Part shown: in pieces, positions 12,890 to 25,067 of the stretch | Layout of the letters: each line of letters begins with the position of its first letter | How positions within the stretch are numbered: position 1 is the first letter of the stretch | From: Sphagnum compactum | Taxonomy: Eukaryota | Direction of reading: 5' to 3' | Length of the DNA: 64,000 bases | Assembly (NCBI GenBank): GCA_965153455.1 | Contig: OZ234493.1 | Location: 25,968,213 to 26,032,212, forward strand | The notes under the pieces: generated by a model | Database searches by the model: none | What the model saw: only the letters and a program-made list of their open reading frames with translations | Told to the model about the DNA's origin: nothing | Translations under genes and position numbers: made by a program

Positions 12890-15800
12890 GGTGGAAAATG
12901 CAACATTTACATGCATATTTTCACAAATGCTACACTTTAAATAAATGGAGACATTAAGTTTTTTGTTATACATTGGAAGTGTGTTTGATAATTTGAATGG
13001 AATATAAATTGGTTTGTGAAAATTTGACCAATATGCTTTTGGTACACCAGATTTGCATTCATTTCCAAGGACACTTGCCCATATATGGTCCAATTGAGAT
13101 CCAGCTTTTATGGTGCTTTCACTAAATTGTGATTTTAATTAGAATTTATCCCTGAAATATAATAGTTCTTGTTTTTTTTTTTTTGGTTATTGTCTTTTAG
13201 AATGTCAACATTAAAATCTAGCATAATGATTATTGGACAATGTTTGGGAGATTCTTGAATTATAGTTTGAAGATTGTTTAGGAATGTAGAAATTGAACAT
13301 GAATGAGTTCTATACACACATACAATATGTATTGTTTTTCATGCATTAGTATTAAAAGTTGTTGCTATATATTCTAAACCATCACTAATTATTGTATTGA
13401 AGGAATATAAGTGCATGTGTATATCATACATCATTGTTAACCCATGACCATCATGGATTGAAATATATGAATATTTCAATGAATTTATAAATTTGTGCAC
13501 ATTTGTTGATGCATGGTGTATTCATATTTCTGTAAAACATAAAATATGAAACATTTGAAGGTTATGATCATGATTAATGTCTTCGTAATGTTGGCATAAA
13601 GAAGTTGTATTCAAAGCTTATATAATTACATGAAAATTGTGTAAGTCTTTTAATTAAGGAATTAATGGTATTCAAGTTGTAATTGTTTTCAATCTATTCA
13701 TTTCTACCTGTACTCTTGGATCCACATAAAAATTTTCATGTTGGAAAGGAACTAACAAAAATAGTTTATCTTTTGTTCAAATGTGGGATAATGTTATATA
13801 TGTTAACCCATTTTTTAAACATTAGTGCGATCAAAAACTAATTCATCTAGTGACAATCTTTGATATCAATGAATGGTTCTTACTATTGCAAGTTGAATTA
13901 GACATTGAATCCTTGTCATGATAAATTATTAGGATTTACCATTCTTATGTCTTTCATGATAGGTTCAATTGGTCTCCATTTTGATTCAACGTTGTTGTCA
14001 TATAATGACTATTTTTTTTCTTCTTAGTGTTCCAATTTTAAAATTTTGAAACATTATCCATATAATGGTTTTTTCACGATATGTTGTTGATACTTTTAAA
14101 ATGCCATCAACTCCATTCACAAAACCATCAAATAATGCATAGTTACGAACACATAATTCAACCAACATATCTTTTTTTTATTAATTGTAGAATGCAAATC
14201 TGCAAATTTACTTGGATTGTTTGAGAGTTTGTAAGATGGTGGGCATGATTGATGGTTAATGTCCATTGCTTTGAAAATAAACATGGGACCTAATGTGTTA
14301 GTGAACACATTTTCATTGTGTTTTTGCACAAGCTTATTATTATAAAATAAATACGGAATAATAAAAATGTTGGGTGGTTGTTGATTACAAATTGAATTTA
14401 TAAATTCAATATCTTTAGTATTTTTTGTTGTAGTACAAAATTTGTTCAAAGTTTGTATAAAGACCATATTAGACTGTCACATAACTTTATTTAGTTCATA
14501 ACATTAGACATATGTTTGCCAAAAATTTAATGTTAATGCATTAACATTATCTTTGATATTTTGAAAGATCCAACTATCTTTCATAGGGGGTGTTTGATAG
14601 AAATCACCTATCATGATCACGTTAACACCACCAAAAAACTTGTTTTGAATGTGTTTTATGGACCTTAGCCTATTATCTATATCATTAAACATTCTAGCAC
14701 CAACAAGCTATGTTTCACCTATCATAACAAGTTGTAATTGTTCATATCAACATGTAAACCTATTTAATGAATCTGATGATAAGTTTGATTAACTAAATAA
14801 GGATTATTGGACGAGTATGTTCAATGCTAAATGTATTGTTAAACTGTCAATATTGAAAGTAGCTTTACCTATTAATGTCATAAGTAAAGCCTTGGTTTTT
14901 GTTAAATCAAAAGATATGTTTTTATTGTATAATCATAATAATCCTTGAATTATGAATTTCAATGTAAAAGTTTTACCAATTCCAACACCCCCTGTCAAAA
15001 ATAAACATATCGATCTATCAAGATACAATTTGTTTTTATGCATAACATCATCAAATATTAATATTTTTTTCATTTAATTGTCTAAATAAACTACGATATT
15101 CAAATTATTCCATCATCATGGAATATGATGATTTTGTGAAATTTTCATCTTTTAAAAATTGTGATTTTTGATTTGAGATCCATTACATAATCAAATGATA
15201 AAGTCAGATCGTAAATCATAATGTTCAACATTGATTGTGTTTGTTACAGGAGTTGTAGGATGTGGATCATTTACTTCATTATCTATATCGTTAGTCCAAA
15301 TGTTAGTTGAATGTAATGGTTTTGATTTTAAATATATTGAATCATCCATTTTTTAATATTTAGATATGGTAATTGGTAGTTGAAAATAGATTAATCTTAG
15401 AAATGTCATCATGTTGTTGACAATATGCATCATGTTAGGTTACATTAGTTCCAAGTTGCAAGTTTTTTTAATTTCGAAATAATGAATACAATAAAACTTG
15501 TTCTTTCAACCAAATTTCAATATTTTATATTTATTATAATTTACAAACCTAATAATTTTGGGTTTGCAATGTTTTAAAATCTTTTTTTAATGTTAAAAAA
15601 GAGAACCAAACTCTGTTAATGATAACAATTCATATTTGATAAAGACGATTAATATATTTGTTTATGATCAATCAACACATTATATCAATTGAATTTGGTT
15701 TCAATTCATTTAATGCAACTTGTGATTTTAACACATAAGCATGTTTTTCAAAAGGAAAAGTATTTATGAATTAAGATGTTCGAGATGAATGATATAATGG

Positions 15801-18155
15801 TAAAGAAACCACAAGGTAAGCAAAAGTTGAACAACCATTTGTTTGGGCATTAAGAAAAGCATTACCTAACTTTTGAATTTTTATATTTGCATCTATATTA
15901 TTTGCAATGCATTTTTTTATGATAGAATGTAGTTTTGATGTTATTGATTTATCTATTTTTGTCGTATATGATGTGTAATATGTTGCAGTTGCATATGGGT
16001 CCAAAATAAGTTGAATATCTATATACAAACCATAAATGAGCAACACATATACTAAATGCATTAGTTTTTATGTTTTTAGGAGTTCATTTTAAGAAAATGT
16101 GTGACTTTGTTAATTTATTTCAAACCTAATATATATGTACTTTTGCCAAGGTTTGAAAAATTTAGGTATTCAAAAAATGATATACCATCATTTTTTTTAA
16201 TCTTTGAAATATTGAAATATTTTGTTTGATTGTGTTTGGGGGTATTATTGTGAAAATGGATAATTTCCATTTATTTGAAAAGGTTCTAAAATTTTTGTTT
16301 CACACATAGGAGGGAATGGGTAATGAAATCTACAAATAACATGGTTTTTTTTCTTACATGTACATGTGTGTTGTTAATGTTGTTGTGCATTTTGTAACAT
16401 GTTTGGTAACAATGATAGATCATAAAATATGTACATGTTTACAAACTATTCGATTTCTTCATTTGTGCGCACTCCATACATAGGTGCATGTTTTATCCAT
16501 AAAAGTCCATGGTCATGTTTGCTCCCACGATTTTGCAATTCAGTGACAAAAACAATAATCAGAAATACATCCAAAAAGAGAATGATATTTGTGATAAGTT
16601 TATGGAAACAAAATGTTTTATGATTGTAATATCTTACACATGTGACAGGGTCAATTCATATTAATTTTGTTATATGAATAGATTGGAGGTCTTTTATTTT
16701 ATTTGGAAGATTTCATTTTGAAACATGTAATGTGTGTAAATTTTTAATGAAAGGATCCCATAATCTTTCAGCAAATATAAAAGTGATAAAGAACGTTGGA
16801 GGACCAAGTTGTCAAATCATTGCAAATAATTTTTTTGCAACCTTTCAAAAGAATCAGGTGAATTACATAAACCTTTCAAATCATAATAACTTAAATATGA
16901 TATGAAGATATTATTTAAATTTGGTTATCTTGTACTTGATAGGTTTTTAAAGTTTTACCACACAGTTTTCCTTTTCGTATTCACACCCAACCAAAACTTA
17001 TAACTTTTTGGATGGAAACTTTAGCAACTTAAAAAAAAGTTGGAGATATTTGTTGAAAAATCCCTAAATTTATGAAATAATTCCCATTGAACTGTTTGTT
17101 GATATGAAAAACCTTCAATATTTTATCGAATTACCTCTAGAACAATGTTGAAAATTTTAGTTCTTCTTAATGTTTATTTTTAAATAAACCTAAAGGGTGA
17201 AATTTTTGACTTGGAACAATAGAATATATAGTATTTTCATAATCCATAATTTTTGGAGCATGTAAAAATTATGTATCATTGATTCTATTGGTGTACAATG
17301 TATTTCTTCATTGTCAAAATCAAAGTTATCATATGATGCATTACTATAAATAAGAATTTGAGATTCTGATTTCATATGCAAAGCAAACAAACTTGTCAAT
17401 TGATGATGAATGGTAACATTCAAATCTTTGTATAATGGTGTTTCAATTCAATTTTGTAAAGCAATCATCACCATATTTGGACAAACATTTCCTGGCATAT
17501 AAGGTGATCTGTACACAAAACGTCATTTAAAAAACACCTATTATTGCACCATCATGTGGTAAACATGGTAATATTGATTGAATTTGATCCACATTTTCAA
17601 GGATATTAATAACAATACCATGCATCTTGTATTGCCCATAACATTACCCTTGAAGTTTATAAATTTGAGCAAAAGCAAAATGTGATGAAATAAGACATTC
17701 TTATAATTGTGTTAACTTTTAGACTAATAGAATAATTTTGTTTTAGAAATTTTAATTAGTTTTAATACAAGGGTGGTTTATTTTCACTAATATTACATAA
17801 ACAATTTATACATCTGTATGATGTTGAACTAGGTTCTATTTGAATTCGAAAGTATATAGAAAATTATTTTGACAATTGATTTGAAAACATATAAGTTGCT
17901 TTAAAAAACATAACCTTTCACAACTAAAACATGGAATTATGGGAACATCTTCGATTTTTTTATTATAAATGTCAATGTATATTGAAGTATGTGTATTTTT
18001 TTATATATTAACATTATGTTCTATTTTATTTGATTGAACATCATGTTTTGCAAGAAATTGTTGGTGGGAATTGGTTTTTTTAATTTCTTCAAGAGTGCAT
18101 TGAACATATGACAATTGAACTTTGTCATTTATGAAATATTCTTGTGATTTTTTTG

Positions 18156-18187
<32 letters not shown>

Positions 18188-19460
18188 TTTCATGTGATTT
18201 ATAATTTGTGATCTTTTTTTTTTAATATTTGGAAACATGTTAATGAATTTAAATATTTTTGTGTAATAAGTTAGATTTGGACAAACCTCCAATAATTCAA
18301 AAATATTGTTGTCATAAAGTGCCCAATCAAAAAAAATCTTTTTCTTTCTTGTGTTACATTAGGTTCACCAATTTAATGGGAGTCTTCCATTTGAATTTTG
18401 GGATTTTTAAAAACTTTGATAAGGGGAACTAAAGTGAAAGGATTAGACAAAATTTCATTAACATGAACATTTGTATTTTTTTCAAATTTTTTTGTAAATA
18501 TTGAATATGATTTATAATTTATTCTTTGATAATATTTGTATTACAAGAAATGTTGAACAATGTAACAACATACTCCAATGGTGAATCCCAATTATTTTTC
18601 AAAATGTCCATTAATGTAAAATCAATTTTTTCATTCCAATAAAAACATGTAATTAGTTGCGATAATTGAATAAAAGGTGATTGCATCCACTACAACAAAA
18701 GGTGTCCTTGTACGCCAAGTGATTTCACTAGATTTTTGAGTGAATTCATTGGTTGTAGTGAATGGGGACCAGTGAAGAAGTAGTGAATTCACTAGTCTAG
18801 TGAATAGGGACTAGTGAACTGTACCCACATTTTGTAGTAGTGATCATTGATTTCAAAAAAGATGAAAAGTCATCTAAATCTATGGTAACTTTGGAATCAT
18901 TAATTTGAAAAGTAGGCAAAGACCTAGATAGACCATTAACATATTGAATTGATTCAAAATGTTGAAAACTGTACACTATATGTAATGGGATAAATTGGAA
19001 ATCCATGCCGTATCAAAACATAATGCATTTTGATATTTTATTCCAATTGTAAGTTGGCCTTTGTAAATATTGGGTTATCCAAAATATTATAGTAAAAATC
19101 TCCCCATACACCTCTCATATTAAAACGTAATGCTACTCTCGTCACATATTGATGTTCATTTATGACCATGCTTTGATGCAAATCAGACAAAAAATTTGGA
19201 TTTAATTCTTGAATATGACATTGTTGGATTTTTTTGGTATTCAATAATAAAAATTGATTTAAATGTGGCATGTCATTTTGCCTTAATACAAAAGGTGATA
19301 AATGATTATCCAATAAATAAAATATAAAATCAAAAAAACAATCGCCTATTTCACATTTGTATGTTGAAATTAAATGAAGGCCATAGGAATGCAATACATG
19401 TTCAAATGATGAATCAACAAAATTTAATAAAAGTGTTTCCATTATTATGAACTTCAATTT
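12890..19460 (-). mobile_element. Degenerate Helentron/Helitron2-type RepHel: OTU-like - Rep (HUH) - Pif1 helicase - EEP endonuclease; pseudogenised
   Basis: Minus-strand fragments occur in order. OTU-like: GDCFFD...WGD (~19450-19100). Rep: LGPPTFFITF (~16800), TELQNRGSKHDHGLLW (~16520) and LDPYATATYYTSYTTK (~15980). Helicase: Walker A LTGGVGIGKT (~14980), FFGGVNVIMIGDFYQTPP (~14620) and IQLAIVRTIH (~13890). EEP: IIIMLDFNVDIL (~13220) and LDHIW...WSNFHKPIY (~13090-13005). There are many stops and frameshifts, and the termini are not resolved. Confidence 0.85.
18688..18842. mobile_element. CACTA MITE (155 bp) nested in the Helentron ORF
   Basis: Termini are CACTACAACAAAA...TTTTGTAGTAGTG, with a perfect 3-bp TSD ATC at 18685-18687 and 18843-18845. 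Confidence 0.92.
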
Positions 19461-19569
19461 AATGGATACCTATATAAACAAAAACATGGTTCCCACATAA
19501 ACACATTCAAAAAAGATAAAATAAATGACTCATCCAAAATTATTTACTTTTTAAAAAAAAACCCTTGCA

Positions 19570-20040
19570 TTGAAATACTCTTTATATAGGAAAATTGCTT
19601 AGATGGAAAATTGTTTGAATTGAAAATTTGTTAACATTGAAAAATAATAAATCAGAAAAATATTTGTATTAAAAATTTGCATGTATTGAAAAAAAAAAGT
19701 CATTGAAAAACTATTTGCATTAAAAAACTATTTGCACAGAGAAATTGCTTAAATTGAAAAATCATTTTCACTAAAAAACTACTTACATTTAAAAAACTAC
19801 TTGCATTGGAAAAAATGCTTTCATTGAAAAAATTATTTGCATTGAAAAATTGCTTTCATTGGAAAAAAATATTCACATTTAAAAAAGAATCATTGAAAAG
19901 ATTCTTTCCATTAAAAACTACATACATTCAAAAATTGTTTAAATTGAAATTTTGTTTACATTTTAAATATTGCTTTCATTGAAAAAACTACTTCCATTGA
20001 AAAATTATTTCATAAACAAAATGTTGCATTTTTTTAAAAA
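19570..20040. repeat. Degenerate AT-rich tandem array (~20-bp units like GAAAAACTATTTGCATT)
   Basis: CATTGAAAAA / TTGCATT motifs recur at roughly 20-bp spacing. Confidence 0.6.
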
Positions 20041-21226
20041 AATCGGCAATTGATGGAAATTAATGTATGTGACCTTTCCTTTTTCTTTTAAAAAAAACTA
20101 TGAAAATGATTCTATATTATGGGCTATATAAACCAAAATTTTGATATAAGGAGTTTCCGCATATTTAAAGGGTAACTATAGAAAGGCCACATAAAAACTA
20201 TCAGCAAACTTAATGTCTAAAAGGGTTTTTGTTTAGAAATTGATTTTGATTCATCAAAATGAAGCTTGTGTTTCACACTACATTGGACATTATCACCAGG
20301 AATAATTATCGAAGGGGTAACCAAACCTTCGCCCTTCAAACTGGTTTCTGCTAGTGGGATAAATTGTTTGATATATTTTTTAAAGCCAACAAGGGCAGAT
20401 GTGGTTGACAAATGAAATTTAACATGAATTGCGAATTGAAATGAAGAGTTGAACTTGTTTTGGACTACGTAAATCTAAGAATTCAGATTTTGTCATATGC
20501 ACAATTACTTCAAGTCATTTGCTTTCAATAGTCAATAACACATATTCATCATTGCTTGCAATGGAACCATGAAGAAAGCTTAATTTTTGAATCATTGATT
20601 TTGAATGAAAAACATTACAAATAAACATCACCCATTAGAGAAATGGTGACGTCTACTACATGACGATTTCCACATACTTTTTGAAATGGAGGTGCAACAA
20701 GGCTAACTATGGCAACATTCCAATCACCTAGAAAAAAAAGAAAATATGCTCAAACAAAAAGGTAAATGAAGATGAACATAAACATACAAAAAATGTGAAA
20801 AAAGGTAGATCAATCAAGAAAGAAATGAAACCATGCACACACATACACATAATATGTAAACAAAAAGAATGAAATGCATAAGAAGTGCATGATAAAAGAT
20901 GTTATGGAAATGTAATAATTTAAAAAATTAATATTTAAAGAAAAAACAAAGATCTTGCTGATTTAAAATCAATTCCAATGATTTTTGTGACATTAGATGC
21001 ACTAAAAAGGGGACCATAAAATATTTTCAATGTTCAAAGGCTCTTGACCAATGTGAAAAAATTTATAAAACTTTATTTACAAAGGTTTTTCACATACTTA
21101 TTTACTTACCATATTAAAATTACAATATGTTCTTCTTTGAAAACACATTCCAAACATTTTATCCCATATTTTGTACCCAAAAAGGAATTCCATTGGATTA
21201 TATAAAGACATTTTTTTCACTTTTAA

Positions 21227-23727
21227 CACTACTAGGAAATGCGTCCTAGTTCACTATGGGTTTCACTAGATTTTTGAGTGAATTTGGACGATTTCACTAA
21301 GTGAAATTGTTTAACCCCCTAGTGAACGGGGACCAGTTGCTACGGACAATGACTTGTTTTACTAGTAATTAGTGAAATAAGGTTATTCTCAAGTGAAATA
21401 CAAATTTACCAAACCATTCACTTGCTAGTTAATTAACTAACCAGTATGGAAATTAATTAAATTTTAATTATTTAATATATAATGCTATTGATAATTTCAT
21501 GATTTTTAAAGCCCATTATTTATTGACACGTGTCACTACTTACGTTAGGTTAAAAACCTAGCCTAGGTAGGTAGGTAGGTAGGTCACGTAATCAACCTAG
21601 GCACCTAACCTAGGAATTCGATAGGAGAATATTTGGTCAACATACCATGTTGACCACACACAGCACCACCCATGAGGTTTGATCCCTTGACCTTTGGAAT
21701 GGGGGCAAACACCTTTACCATCAAACCACCCCACTTCTTGTGATAATATGTTACATTACATTCTATTTATCAAATACTTCATTTTGAACATTACAAAAAT
21801 ATAAACTTTGAAAATTGTCAATCCTAAACAATTATAATATATGGCTATTGGTTGTTTTTTTATTAGTGCTATTAGTGGTTATTAATGGCTATTGGTACCT
21901 ATTCTATTTGTGGTTATTAATGTTTTTTAGTGGTTATTCTATTAATAGTTATTGGTGGTTATTCTGTTAATGGCCATCAGTAGTTATTCTATTGGTGGCT
22001 ATTCTATTAATGGCTACTGTGGCTATTCTATTAATAGTTATTCGTGATTAATGTATTTATGGCTATTGGTGGTTATTCTATTAATGGCTATTGGTGGCTA
22101 TTTTATTAATGGTTATTCGTGATTAATTTATTGATGGATATTGGTGCCTACTCTATTAATGGTTATTGGTGGCTAATATATTATGGCTATTTATGATTAA
22201 TCTATTAATGGCTATTGGTGGTTAATCTATTAATGGCTATTGGTGGCTAATCTATTAATGGCTATTGGTGACTAATCTATTAATGGCTATTGGTGGCTAT
22301 TCTATTAATGGCTACTAGTGGCTATTCTATTAATGGCTACTGGTGGTTATTCTATTAATGGCTACTGGTGGCTATTCTATTAACGGGTACTGGTGGTTAT
22401 TCTATTAATAATTATTCGTGATTAATGTATTAATGGCTATTGTGGTTATTTTATTAATGGCTATTCGTGATTAATCTATTACTGGGTATTGGTGGCTATT
22501 TTATTAATGGTTATTCATGATTAATCTATTAATGGATATTGGTGGCTATTCTATTAATGGCTATTGGTGGCTAATCTATTAATGGTTATTGGTGGCTATT
22601 CTATTAATGGCTATTGGTGGCTAATCTATTAATGGCTATTGGCGGCTTTCTATTAATGACTTTTGGTGGCTATTATATTAATGGCTATTGGTGGCTATTC
22701 TATTAATGGCTATTGGTGGCTATTCTATTAATGGCTATTGGTGGCTATTCTATTAATGGCTATTGGTGGCTATTCTATTAATGGCTATTGGTGGCTATTC
22801 TATTAATGGCTATTGGTGGCTATTCTATTAATGGCTATTGGTGGCTATTCTATTAATGGTTATTGGTGGCTATTCTATTAATGGCTATTCGTGATTAATC
22901 TATTAATGGCTATTGGTGGCTATTTTATTAATGGCTATTGGTGGTTATTGACGGCTATTTTATTATGGTTATTAATGGTTATTGTATTATAAGTTATTAT
23001 TGGTTATTATATGTTATATTACAACTATTGGTGATTATTGTATTATAAATTATTGTTTGATATTCTATGTTATAATATCATAGGCTATTGGTAGTTATTA
23101 TATTGTAGGGTATTTAAAATTATTTTTCATAAGTTATTATTTTCTATTTTAAGTTATTTTTACCTTAGGCCATTATATTATTTTTAGATTATTTTAAAGT
23201 TATTATGCTTCGGATAAAATCATTTATAATAACATTAAGTAGAATGACCTTGAATAATTTAAAGTATAACTTGAAATAACATACATTAATTTAAAATAAA
23301 TAACCTAAGGTATAGCCTAAAGTTAGTTGAATAATTTAATTTTAAATAATTTAAAAGCTTGTAATAAATTAGTTAATATACTTTAAGGTACAATAACATA
23401 TAATAATTTAGGGTACAATAATTTATAATAGCCTATAATAACATAAAATATAAGTTAGAATAACTAAAGTAGTTTAAAATAATATAGGGTATATCATAAA
23501 GTAACATAGATAGAATATTAAAAAAAACATAGAAATAAACATATTTGCTATAGTAAATTGTAATAGTGAATTATGTTAACTATAAATGAAACATGATGTC
23601 TACATAGTGATATTATAATGAAATAATTTTCACTAGGTGAAATGAGTAAAATGCAATGAAGTTATTTCACTTTTAAGGTCCCATAGTGATTTAAGCTAGT
23701 AAACTACACCCCACTTTGGTAGTAGTG
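21227..23727. mobile_element. Non-autonomous CACTA element (2.5 kb) carrying a minisatellite
   Basis: Termini are CACTACTAGGAAA...TTTGGTAGTAGTG with TSD TAA at 21224-21226 and 23728-23730. Subterminal motifs TTTCACTAGATTTTTGAGTGAATT and AGTGAACGGGGAC are shared with the 155-bp MITEs. Confidence 0.88.
21840..22985. repeat. 25-bp tandem repeat array (ATGGCTATTGGTGGCTATTCTATTA)
   Basis: Units are near-perfect at 22681-22890 and progressively degenerate toward both edges. The array has about 45 units by length. Confidence 0.95.
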
Positions 23728-24039
23728 TAATAACAACAATGTATATTATGTCTAATATGCAATGGAACATGGATTTTTATTCTTTAGATAATTCTAATTT
23801 TAAAAAGTCATCTCAATGTAATTTTTTTTTAATAGGCCATTCTAAGAAAAAAATCATGTGGCCGTTTAATTCTCCGTTCTTTAAAAAGGAAACAATCAAA
23901 TGGTTCTTTTTGTTTTTTTTTTTTTTAACATTAAATTTGGGTCTCCTTTTTTTTTTTTTTTAAATCTCCTTAGGAAGAGGAAAATTAGGTTGGCCACCCA
24001 AATCTCCATATTAACTAGGTGATATATATATTATATGTC

Positions 24040-24510
24040 TTGGAGACTTGGTGGCCATTACGTTGTTTTTTTGTTCGTTTAGAAATCTAACAAACACCAG
24101 GTCGTTTTGACGTTCGACTATGAAAAACAACCTAGTGGCCACCAGGTTGTTTTTTTTTTTCACTTGGAGATTTGGTGGCTAGTAGGTCATTTCAACGTTA
24201 AAGATGACCTAGTGGCCACCAAGTTGTTTCAACACTGGACTGTGAAGGACCACCTGGTGGCCACTAGGTCGTTTTTTTTTCTTTTTGCTTATCGACCACC
24301 CAATGGCCACCAAATGGTGTTGATGCTAGATTATAAAGGACTACCTAGTGGCCACTAAATGTTTTTTTTTTTTTCCCTTAGAGACCATTTGGTGGCCACC
24401 ACGTGGTTTTAACCTTAGACTATGAAGGACCACCTAGTGGCCACTAGGCGGTCTTGATTTTGGACCACAAGGGCAATTACCAAGAAACACCTAGTGGCCA
24501 CTAAGTGGTT
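24040..24510. repeat. Array of ~10 palindromic motifs (consensus CCTAGTGGCCACTAGG) at ~40-55 bp spacing
   Basis: Motif copies lie near 24047, 24131, 24172, 24208, 24252, 24299, 24343, 24387, 24432 and 24489. The linkers fall into two recurring types: a T-run, and GACT[AG]TGAAGGA-like. Confidence 0.8.
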
Positions 24511-24913
24511 TCTATCCTGGATTACCAAGGACCACTTGATGGACCACCTCAAAAATTTAAGTGAACACCCGATTTTTTTCAACGTTCAAAATGAGCACTT
24601 TGAAAATTTGATATTCATTACATTATTTTTGTATTTCTCATTATCTTTTATATATAATTCATCATGATATGAACATTAGGTTATTTTTTATGTTTTATGT
24701 GTAAATTTGGAGAAACATTAAGGGATGCAAAGGAAAGGAAATTAATTTACCTCTTTGAATGCAAATTGAACACTTGATAATTTATTATGTAATTATAAAA
24801 GGCAAACTTGAATATCTTTGTCAACAACCTTTGTTAAAATTGTGAAATGTTGTGCCTTCAAATATCGATCTCTTTTGTTGTTGTTGTCACATTCATGATT
24901 AAAACCATTACAC

Positions 24914-25067
24914 CACTACAACAAAAAGTGTCCCTGTACACCAAGTGATTTCACTGGATTTTGAGAGAATTCACTGGTTGTAGTGAACAGGAACCAGTAA
25001 AAAAATAGTGAATTCACTGGTCTAATGAACGGGGACTAGTGAATTGCACCCACATTTTGTAGTAGTG
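24914..25067. mobile_element. CACTA MITE (154 bp), second copy of the 18688 family
   Basis: It has the same termini (CACTACAACAAAA...TTTTGTAGTAGTG) and TSD CAC at 24911-24913 and 25068-25070. It aligns end to end with 18688-18842. Confidence 0.92.

Noticed and set aside
24040-24510. CRISPR array
   Set aside because: The repeats are degenerate, the linkers are related to each other rather than unique, there are no cas genes, and the context is eukaryotic.
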